From: Guillardia theta CCMP2712
Lineage: Eukaryota > Protista > Cryptophyta
Length of the DNA: 64,000 nt
Direction: 5' to 3'
NCBI RefSeq assembly: GCF_000315625.1
Contig: NW_005434605.1
Coordinates: forward strand, 52,407-116,406
Positions 21,845-31,831 of this stretch are shown piece after piece (position 1 is the first letter of the stretch; every line of letters begins with the position of its first letter). Both the position numbers and the translations under genes were made by a program. The notes beneath the pieces are model-generated. The model did not search any database and had not been told where the DNA came from. It was given only the letters and a program-made list of their open reading frames with translations.

Positions 21845-22500
21845 AGATCTAGAGGGTAGGGGTGGATTGAAACCTTAGATCAGGGGTGGGTAGTTTCGAT
21901 ATACCGGGTCTGTTGTGTGAAATTTGGGGGGTAGGGGTGTGTACACTGTTGTTAGGTGACGGTCCACATAAATGTCGATGGTGGGGTACGAGGAGATTGT
22001 TGACCACCCCTGTATTGTACTGCAATATTGAGGTATCTGACAGGTAGGGGTGTAACATATAAGAGAGTGCCTTCAAAAGACCCCCCATTCAAACACTTTG
22101 ATTAGCCTTTGTAAGGGTGGGGTAGAGGAGGCGTAGGATGCTATCAAACCAGAGGGTGGGTGGGGGTACGTGAATTCGGATTCTTCTCACAGGAGAGGGG
22201 AGGGTTCAGAGCATGCTTGGTTCGTAGGGGTGGTAGGTCATAAACATACAGTAAGGTAGGGTAGGGTAGCAGAGGAGTGGTGGGTGGGGTGATATTTCTG
22301 ACTGCACGGGTATCTTGTTATAGGCGATTCATTATATAAAAGGGGGTAGGGTACTTTGAGATTGTGAGTGGTAGGTAGTCCGACCATGAAAACAATGGGT
22401 GGGGTTCATTGAGGCTTGTGGGTGGGTGAGGTGGTGTGAAACTCAGGGGGTGGGTGGAGTAGGGGGTGGGGGTCACGGGGGGAAAATGTGACGGCAGAAT
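21845..22500. repeat. Strand-asymmetric G-run region rich in GGGTAGGG/GGGGT motifs
   Basis: Many GGG(G)TAGGG and GGGTGGG runs on +; reverse-complement ACCCCTACCC motifs recur at about 10.0-10.33, 58.7 and 61.15 kb. Confidence 0.55.
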
Positions 22501-23067
22501 GGCGCGAGGAGGGCAGTTAGTTAAGAGTAGCACAAAGGGAGATGAAGGGAAGGATCTAGGAAAGAATGGAAGAAGTGAACGATCGAGATGTAGAAAGCAA
22601 TGAAAGCAACAAGTCTGAGAAACAGCAGTTAAAATCAGGGTATGAGGAATCTACTTCAGAACGTGGGTTTACCCAACACTGTAGAGGGTCTGGGAGTGCT
22701 CGATCAGTACGGACACGAATTAGACTAGGGAGCTGATCATCAAATTTTGTATTGTCATCTTCACCATCATGATTTGTGGGTGTTGAGCTAGATGTGTAGG
22801 TGGGAACTTGCTGTATTGGTGTGCATAGATACGGAAGATTAACTTTTATTACTGCCCCCCACTTGGTTCAATGTCTAGCCGATCAGAAAAGTCTTTTGGT
22901 GAACTGACTCGCTTTCTGCTGCAGCTTGGGTCATGAGCAGTCAGTTCCACACCTAATCCCTGCCTATATCTTTACATAGTTCCACCTGCCTGGATCGTAT
23001 TTCTTATCCCTTCCTCCTCCTTTCCTCCTCCTCCTCCTCCTCCTCCTCATACCCATAGTCAAGCTCC

Positions 23068-25069
23068 ATGGCAACAACCATGTCGTGCACTGCGAAAAGT
23101 TTGTGCGGGTTCATGCTGCTATGCCTGGCTGGAGCTGCCTCAGCTTGGTCAACTTCGTTCCATACTGTGCAGAGCCTCGGGGGTTCGCAGCGAATGAGGT
23201 TGAGCAAGGCTGTCGATGTTATGCCTGCCCTCCGGCTGACGAGGAAGAACGGCATGCAGAAGAGGTGTGCCTGACGGTATGACAAGGTGCCTCGGAACTG
23301 ATCGCTCTATGGCAGGGGAGCGACATTGAACATGATGACTGTTCTAGACGCTTTGTCCAGCCCGATGGTGCTCACAGCAGAGCCATCGGGACCTTGGATG
23401 GTTTTGGAAGGATAGCCATCAACATCCCGAGATATATGCCGTGAGCAGTGCAGCCGCCGAGCAATTCTCCATCTTTACCCTTCCTGCCAGGAAACTTTTG
23501 TCACAGAAGGATTTGGGCGATGACGCGGGCAACAAGGTCTCGTTGTCTGAACTTCGCGAATATGTTGTGGAGGATTACGTGAGATTGGAATTGTTCCCCT
23601 GCTCTGTGCCTGACGTACTTCCTTGGTAGGGTGCCAAGTTGGATCTGATCAAACTTTTCGTTTCGTGTGACGTGCAAGGGACTGGAGTTATCTCGAGCGC
23701 CTCTGTCCACAAGCTCTTCGATGAGCAAGGTGTGTTCATGCCGGTACTGGGTGAGGGACGAGGATGTTGACGAGTCGGGACAGAACGAGGAACCTTTCGC
23801 ATCGGAAGCAAATGGGTGACAGCGGATAATATCCTCGAGGTGTTCGAGATGTTCTGATCGTAACTGTCCACTGACATGGCATGCAGCTGACGGGGCTGGA
23901 CAGGATGACGAGCATCAACTACATCAAGTTCATGGGAACGATTGTGGAGGCGGCTGACCTGGAGGACATGCGAGTGAAGGCGCAAGCGAAGCTCGTGTCC
24001 GATGGCTACGAGGCCTGCAAGGACATGACAAGCGAGTACGCCAAGACTTTCTACCTCGCCACTCAGACTATGCCCGACGAGCAGGCCATGGCCACGTGGG
24101 CGATCTATGCCTGGTGCCGGCGAGTCGATGAGATCGTTGATGGCCCCAATGCGCTGGCGGAGGCGTCCATGCAGGAGGAGAGCCTGCGGGAGTGGATGGA
24201 TCGGCTGGAGAGGATGTGGGAGGGGAAGAACTTCAACGGGCTGAACCAGTATGACGTGGCGTTCGCGGACATGATCCGAAGGTTCCCGGGCAGCGACATC
24301 GAGCCGTACAAGGACATGGTGAGAGGGATGATGATGGATGTGTCCGACGAGGTCAAGTACGATAGCTGGGAGCAGCTCTACCTCTACTGCTACAGAGTCG
24401 CGTCGACCGTTGGGCTGATGACGCTGCCCGTCATGGGGACTGCGGAGGGAGTGACACAGGAGGATGCACGGGAGTCCGCGATTGCGCTAGGGATCGCGCT
24501 TCAGCTGACCAACATCCTTCGGGACGTGGGGGAGGACGCGAGGGACAGGGGAAGGATCTACCTGCCCGAGGAGGACATGAAGAGGTTCGGGGTGGACCCA
24601 CAGACTGTGCTGGACAGGAGCTTGAAGGGAGGGGAGGTAGACGACGCCTACCGCAACCTGATGAAGTTCGAGATCGAGAGAGCTCGGGAGTACTACAGGC
24701 AGGCCGAGAAAGGGATCCCGATGCTCGCCAAGTCTGCCCAGCTCCCAGTGGCAGTGGCCATGGAGCTCTACCGAGAGATTTTGGACAAGATTGAGCTCAA
24801 CGACTATGACAACTTCAGCCGCCGAGCTTACCTGACAGGTAAAACACGCACCTCCCCTCATCTCCTGTACCCTCTTGCCTCCCGCTCCCCCTTTCCTGTC
24901 TTCCTCCCTCTCCTCTGCCCCTCCTGCTCTTCCCCTCCTTCTCTTCCACCTTCCTGAACTCATTGAACCGGTTCTCACTCACCCTGATGGAATTGCAGGG
25001 TTCGAGAAGCTCTGCAAGCTGCCTGGCGTCTGGCTGCGAGTGATCACAGGGAGCTGGAATGTGGCGTGA
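23068..25069 (+). CDS. PSY: Plastid-targeted phytoene synthase with N-terminal degenerate EF-hand module, multi-exon
   Basis: YAKTFYLA, IYAWCRRVDEIVDG, YCYRVASTVGLM, LGIALQLTNILRDVGEDARDRGRIYLP, YDNFSRRAY. Leader MATTMSCTAKSLCGFMLLCLAGAASA-WSTSF (signal peptide then aromatic +1 residue). Confidence 0.93.
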
Positions 25070-25297
25070 GAGGAGGAGAACATGAGCTTTTAGATGCTCT
25101 GTACAAGTACGACAGAAGCGAGCAGGATGGAGTATGACTAACAAGTGAAGTAAATTTTGTTTGAGTATCAAAGGGGTCTGTATCACAGCAAGTCGTCTTC
25201 GGGCCTGTCATGGCGTTCATCACCTCAGTCAGAAGAGGGGGGAAAGAAGGAGAGGGAGGTCATCTCAGGGAAGGAGGGGGAGACTGCAGAGTAGGTC

Positions 25298-28200
25298 CTA
25301 CCGTAAGGGCGGCATCTTGCCGTGCTTGCGGTAATACCTGTACTGGTACTTGAGTCTTTTGAGTGACTCCTTCTCATAGCCTTTCCTGTGCGCCATGTGT
25401 CAGTCTGTCAGGTGTTCTAATGCAAGCTTCTCACTTCAAGCAAGGATTCTCCTCAGGGATTGGTTGGAGCTCTGAGTGACAAGCAAGTGAGTCAGGACGT
25501 GGCAGCACCAGCACCAGCACCAGCACCAGCACCAGCACCAGCACCAGCACCAGCACCAGCACCAGCACCAGCACCAGCACCAGCACCAGCACCAGCACCA
25601 GCGGCACAAGACAAGGTCCGCAGCGGCGGCGGCGGCGGGGGGGAAGCAGCAGCAGCACCAGCACCAGCACCAGCACCAGCAGCAGCAGCAGCAGCAGCAC
25701 CAGCAGCAGCACGAGAGAACCAGAAGTCTCACCAGATTCGGGGATGATGTCGAGGCGGTTTGAGTCATGGAGGACGAATTGATCGAGCCAAGTGCGAATT
25801 CCAAAGGTAGTTCCATCTTCTCTTTTGATTCGGCCGTGCCAACTGTCCTGCATGTTGTTGTATTCATGCTGAATCATACTGCACATGTTGCTTGCTTCCT
25901 TCAACATCTGCCCGAACATCGTCATCTCCCGCCATCTCAGCCTTGATGCAACCTCTTCCACAGTCATGTTCAAGCCTTTTTCTCGTTTGAAATCCTCCAG
26001 GGCGCTCCAGATCTTCAGCACATCATCAGAAGGTGAAACGCTACTTCAAGATTCACCTCATCTATCTCTTTCCTCACTTGCTCATTGTCTGAACAAAAGA
26101 CCAACACCAGGCCCGATGTCAATCGAGTTGTTGTAAATTCGAAGGCATCATTTACCTATCTCTCCATCCTCGTTGATGCTGAACTTTGGGTCCCGTATTT
26201 TTGCAACGTTTGGAGTTGCATTTCTCTTTCAAACAAACTTCAAACGCAGTGCCTCCAAGAACTGCAACAACCTTCTTCCAGTCGTCTTTATGCTTCCAAA
26301 CTCCCTGCGCTGTGTGTTCCTCGACGATTTGGTCAAATCTGGGCGAGACTGAGTGACCTCATGGCAACCAATCTGGCTCACGTCTTCTTCAGATCTTCCC
26401 TCATGTTGTCTAATTCCGCACATTTCTCCTTCCCTGCAGTCTAGTCATGACATACCATGAGGGAAAGAAACTGGATCGTACAATCGCACACTGTAGTGTT
26501 AAAGGCCTCGATGTCACGGGGATCGACCATCAACTGACAGATACACATCATGTTGCTATTCTTGAACGACATCGTACACCTCTTTCTGAAGAAATTCTAC
26601 CACGTGCGGATGATTATTTGCAATCGCGTACTGCAGTGCACTTCAAAGTGTGTCAGTCAAGAGAACGGACAGGTTGCACACAAACAACTTGTAGCCAAAG
26701 GCGTCAACTTGGCTCAGGATCCGGTGCCCCTGGTCAAAGTGAGCGGCAGGAGGCATCCTCTGCATTCTAACCTCAACTCTGTTTACCGGCGACCTTCCTC
26801 CCTTCTTCCTCAATGTGTGACAGGCTCCTCGTTCGTACAAGATCTTGTCCCAGGGTCAGGACCGACGTACTGTTTGTTTACATCTCAGGACCTTGAGGAC
26901 ATGAAGGTTCCCATACGCAGCTGCTAGGATGAGAGAAGTCTGCAGTATATCATGCACCTACACTCTCTTCCTCTCCTTCACCTGGTTGTTGTTGTTCACC
27001 GCTCTCACGTCCGCGCCATGGTCGAGAAGAACCTTGAGGAACAATCAACCCGTTATCGGACAACCAAGTTCTCACTTTCGCAGTCATGTTGCAGTTGCCG
27101 ACCTGGGAAGAAAATAGATCACGAAGCTGTCGTTCTCAGAGGGAAACTTACAGCGCACGAGTGCAGGGCAGTTCCGTTGCCAAATTCAGCGTCTCGAGCG
27201 ATGTTCACCTAAAGTTTCCTTACGAACTCATCTCAACATACAGAGTCTTCCAACCTGAGCTCCAGCTTCGATGATTTTCGGAATAATTTCGTGCTGCTCG
27301 TGGAGTGTTGCAAATCTTAGAAACAATGACCTCAGTGACCAAATTGCACAACATTTCACTGTCACATCAAACGTTCATTCAGTCGCTCCACAGTCAAACT
27401 GTTGGAGAAAACGTCAGACTGGATTTTGCGTCACATGAAACTGCACAGACTTGATCAAACTTTGTTCTGTGATGATGTGTGTCTCCCAGCTCGCAGGAAG
27501 CGGTTTCCAAGTTGCATTCAGCCAGATATTATCGGTCCAATTTCCAGCTACCCTCCTCCCAACGTACTGAAAGCAAGCATGTAAGGAGAATTTCAACATC
27601 ATTAGTCAGTAGTCCTCAAGAAAACAAATCGTGATGAGTTACAGCTCAAACAGGTACATAAAGAGACGGTTTCTATCACCGGGTCATAAGGCCAATCTTC
27701 GTCGTTGGCTTCCTCTAGGGGAGGGTTTTGATAGCCCGGAAACGTCTCATTGTCAGCATACCAGTTCGCAAACGACTCGTTGTCAGTGTAACGTGTTAGA
27801 GTGTAGTTTTCTAGTCTTGCTGACTCCTGCAGCATGCTCCAAATTTCAGCTTCAATCTCAGCATCGTCCTTGAAGCCTTCCTCGTCGTCCCCAGGTCCCC
27901 GGTCATTATCTTCCAAAAATCCGCGCAATCTCTCGTCGTCCCCAGATTCCCAGTCTTCCTCTTCCCCGAATCCGCGCAATCTCAACGCAGGAGGGCTCCA
28001 ACCCGATAACACAACCGAAGAGCATGACTTCAAGATTCCAGGCTGCCTTCGACTTGCAATCAGTCTCTTCACAACTACTGCTCCCACGCCTCTTTTCCTC
28101 GCTGATCTTTCATCGCTTTCCTTCAATCCAACATTACAATCGCCATCGCAGAAATCTGAGAACCCAGCGAAGTTGTTGCCTTCAACTCTGTCTCCTGGGA

Positions 28201-28309
28201 GAACAACCGTCTTGCACATGTATTCTGTTCGTTCTTGCATCGACAATATGCCTCCTCCCGCCACCATCGCCACCATCATCATCCCCTTCAAAACCATGAC
28301 GGGGCGCAT
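25298..28309 (-). CDS. Uncharacterised multi-exon protein: hydrophobic leader, LRLRGFG motif, acidic region, ankyrin-like repeats, basic tail
   Basis: MRPVMVLKGMMMVAMVAGGGILS...SPPALRLRGFGEEEDW. Ankyrin-like pieces GNGTALHSCA and VLLDHGADVRAVNNNNQ near 27.0-27.2 kb. Last exon HRKGYEKESLKRLKYQYRYYRKHGKMPPLR*. The middle exons were not fully resolved, so this could be more than one gene. Confidence 0.55.
25503..25710. repeat. Intronic (GCACCA)n / (GCA)n compound microsatellite
   Basis: About 16 GCACCA copies, then GGC, GCACCA and GCA runs. Confidence 0.95.
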
Positions 28310-28469
28310 CCCACGGGACTCACTGGAGCGGGCCGGGTGGCCCGGAGGAACTTGCAGACCTATCATTGTCCGGGTACCGTTGAATGTAACCGGAAAAGAA
28401 ACTGAATATAACGGTCTGCACGCTTGTCTGCGTAATGATATGGCAGAGGAAACGAAGGGTTGAATCTGC

Positions 28470-28508
<39 letters not shown>

Positions 28509-28549
28509 TAGGAGCAGGATTAGGAGCAGGAGCAGGAGCAGGAGCAGGA
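28470..28549. repeat. (GAGCAG)n hexanucleotide repeat between divergent genes
   Basis: About 13 copies with two variant units. Confidence 0.93.
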
Positions 28550-28888
28550 TCAATAGTATGTGCATGAAGTCTAGAAGGAGCTGAATTCCGATGCGGCTCT
28601 TCCAGTCAAGGAGATAGATTTACGAGGAGATAGGTCAGGAAAACAATTTGATACCATGTTTGGCTATTATGCAGAGATGATCCAAAGGAGAGACCCGTAC
28701 ATAGTATTCACTCGCAGAAGACGCTGCTAAGATCCTACTTTGATACATGATGAATTAATGCTGGAAAACTGCATGATCACTAAATTTTGGAACTGTCCTC
28801 ACGCTGTGGTCCAGTCGTGCCCTATGCTAGGGATCGTTCCTCCTCTCATGACAAACTTGGGTGCAGGTTTTGAATCACAGGAAATTTG

Positions 28889-29644
28889 ATGACTTTCTTA
28901 TACTGTGCGAACTGTCTTGCGCTGACATTCGTCCCTCCATGGATCTTGTACAAGTACAAATTGTGAGTCCCTAGTATAAAGGTTTGCGGTTCTTTTGACC
29001 TGTTATGGACAACAGGATAGAGTTTGCACCCGTTGCACTTGTCGTGCAAGCAGCGTTCGTCTATGCAGGCACTCAGCTCTTTCAGATGATCCTGATGGCA
29101 ACTTTTGTTCCCTCAGCGGACCCTCATGAATTCAACGTGTCGCAAGAGTGCATGAAAGCATTCATCACGCTTGCTGACGTTTTAGGGTTGCATTATCTCT
29201 TTCAGAAGAGATCTTCTATGGGGACTGCTGCAGGGATCGGATTATCATGGAGCGCGACAGAATCGTTGTTCCGACGACTCGTGCCGCTGTGGGTTGAAGC
29301 GAGAAGTTTGCAGTTTAGTTGGAATCATCTCCTGACCTCGATCGAAGCAAACATCAGCATTGCTATCCACATCGCCTTCGCTCTGCTTGTCTGGTTGTGG
29401 ATTCGCAAGCCAAACTCACGAATGACAGTTTCTGGAGTGATTGTAGGGCAGAAGTTTCTGTTTCCCCTCGTCACCAGGTTTCCTGCTCTCATGCGTCAAG
29501 ATTTGTTCTCTTACCCTTTGCGTCAGTTTTGCCCGTTACTCCGCGTTCGTTGAATATCCGGTCGCTGCCGTGATCGTACAATTTATCATGGCTGTGGTCT
29601 TCGGGGTGACGACTTGGCGTCTAATATCTGCTGCGAAAAACTGA
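28889..29644 (+). CDS. TMEM147: Transmembrane protein 147 (BOS complex, ER), 3 exons
   Basis: MTFLYCANCLALTFVPPWILYKYKL|IEF...QLFQMILMATFVP...GIGLSWSATESLFRRLVPLWVEARSLQFSWNHLLTSIEANI; stop 29642-29644. Confidence 0.88.
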
Positions 29645-29691
29645 AGAATTTGAGATATGAATAAACTTTCTTTTACACAAATTTTATACTC

Positions 29692-31371
29692 TCAGCTTCT
29701 TAAGCGTCTTCGCACATTTGCTACGATGTTCCACGCTGCAGATCCAGAATTGTCTCCGGCCTTGATCGCCTCGAGCGCTTGTGTGTGATTGCGTAAGATT
29801 GAAATTCTTGGTGACAAATCTTTGTATGTCCTGCTAGCTGCATGGAGACTGTCATGAAACTTTCGGGCATTGCCTGGAGATCGCGCTGACTGAGAGCCAC
29901 CGTTCTTGAGCAATTTCACATTCTTACGAGTTTTCTTGTTCTGCTCCATCTCCAAATCAAGACTTGGAGGCTTCATAGGGTTCTTATTTGAGTTCTGCTG
30001 CTGATCTCCAGCAACCTTGTCTTTCTCCACCGATATGAATAGAGCAATACCATCTCCAGGATTCTTCGGTGAGTTTGCAGCTTGTGTACTATCATCCTGC
30101 TTAGCGTCGTTGGCTGGGGCCGCAGCTTCAATCGACTGAAAACCTTCTTCTCTATCGAACTCCACCGACGAACTTGGTCGAGTGTGAGCAGCAGACCTTA
30201 TCTGTTTTGACATGTCGTTACGAAATTTCTTGTATGACTCAAGGATTGAGCTGTCCTTGGCCTCTGCCGTTCCTTCTTGTCCGTTCAACTCTTGGAGGGA
30301 ACGGAACACAATATCCTTCTCCTTCACGGACGTGCTCGACGATAGGCCTTCAGTCTCTCCAGCATTGCGAGGACGTGCCGCTGCAACATCAGACGAATCT
30401 TCCTCATCCGTGTTGTTTTCGGACTGAGAGCCTAGTGGACCTCCAAGATTCGAATATTTCGCGACCGTCGCGGCAAAACGATTGTAATCAAAGCCTGCAT
30501 CTATGGAGCTTCTTGCGCTAAGAGGCATGGGCTTCAGATCCCTCGTGGAATTCGTTGAAGAACGACTGATTGTTTCCTTGTATTTCAAGTACATGTCTTG
30601 AACATCCTTGGGCGGGGTTTCGCCTCTATCACCTTTGGGCCTCAAAGCTTTTTTCCTGCCGACCTCGCTTCCAAATTCCTGTGACACCTGACCTCTCGAC
30701 TCTTGGCTCATGCTCTTCTCTGGAGGCTTCGGTTTCACCTGGGGCTCCTGCTTGTCCTTGCTCGCGCGGAGGGTAGTCAGCCTAGGAGAAGCGAACTGCT
30801 GCCGCTCAGCGTTGGACCTCTCAGGCCTCCCTTGGGCCTCGGAGGCTGAGGAGTCCCGGTGCTGCTTCTTCCGCTCGTAAGCGTTCACTCCACCAGAGTC
30901 CTGTATGTCGGATCGGATCTTCTTCCTTGCTGAGAGGATCACGGCGTCCATGAGCCCCACCCCGTCTCTGGCGATGATGCTCCTCAGATCCTCCACGTTC
31001 ACCCCGATCTTGTCGGAAGCAGACTTGAGCACGTTCAGACGAGGAACGTGAGGCAGCTGCTTAGAACTCGTCCTCGAGGGTGAGGCCACGTTGAGACCCG
31101 ACAGCGCATCACGAATTTGCTCCGCGAAACGACATCGAATTCGTCCCAACACGGCCGAGCATGTAGGACAGCCTGCATCGGGCGTGTTCAGCCTTGACCA
31201 GCATGTCTGACATAACAGGTGGCCTTCTGTGCATTGGAAAACAGGCCCAGCAATGCTATCAAAGCAAACGGTGCAATCTAGGAACTTCATTACGGTTCCT
31301 CTTTCCCTTGACCTCATGGTGCCCTTTGGTGCAGTCGGCGAAGAAGCAGGATTCTGGTTCTCCATACTCAT
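29692..31371 (-). CDS. SINA/SIAH-type RING finger protein with long low-complexity tail
   Basis: FLDCTVCFDSIAGPVFQCTEGHLLCQTCWSRL...CPTCSAVLGRIRCRFAEQI; single long ORF, first ATG at 31371. Confidence 0.8.
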   Translation of the reverse strand: MSMENQNPASSPTAPKGTMRSRERGTVMKFLDCTVCFDSIAGPVFQCTEGHLLCQTCWSRLNTPDAGCPTCSAVLGRIRCRFAEQIRDALSGLNVASPSRTSSKQLPHVPRLNVLKSASDKIGVNVEDLRSIIARDGVGLMDAVILSARKKIRSDIQDSGGVNAYERKKQHRDSSASEAQGRPERSNAERQQFASPRLTTLRASKDKQEPQVKPKPPEKSMSQESRGQVSQEFGSEVGRKKALRPKGDRGETPPKDVQDMYLKYKETISRSSTNSTRDLKPMPLSARSSIDAGFDYNRFAATVAKYSNLGGPLGSQSENNTDEEDSSDVAAARPRNAGETEGLSSSTSVKEKDIVFRSLQELNGQEGTAEAKDSSILESYKKFRNDMSKQIRSAAHTRPSSSVEFDREEGFQSIEAAAPANDAKQDDSTQAANSPKNPGDGIALFISVEKDKVAGDQQQNSNKNPMKPPSLDLEMEQNKKTRKNVKLLKNGGSQSARSPGNARKFHDSLHAASRTYKDLSPRISILRNHTQALEAIKAGDNSGSAAWNIVANVRRRLRS

Positions 31372-31831
31372 GATTTCCAAGAGAGTTATTTACGCATGCA
31401 AAAGCGAATCGAGTAACAACAGCAGACTCTGACGAGAATAGGATGAAAGATACGTGCTTTGACCGTTGTGAACAAGCAAAAGTTGTGGATGAAGCAGCAA
31501 CGATAACACAACAGTATGCGTCTTCTTCTCACACTACCTCCTCATCTCTCCCCCTTCCTCGTTTGTTCTCTTCTCCTCTCTCTCTTCTCCTTGGCTCAGC
31601 CTCCTCTTACTTCCGCATCGCCTCCTGACTTCCTGCTTTGCAGTCCTCCAACATGCACGACCGGCGCTCAACCGACATGTAACCGTCCAACGGAAAAATG
31701 AAACGGATTCAACGGCAGACGGACATTCGACAATCAGTGATTGAGGACTCGGCCCGGCCCGGGCTCTCTTAGTATGAAAACATTCTTTACTCAACATTCT
31801 ATTGGTAGTGTACATGGACTCGTTGGTCCCT

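Noticed and set aside
21845-22500. Interstitial telomere array
   Set aside because: No tandem periodic unit; the G runs are irregularly spaced.
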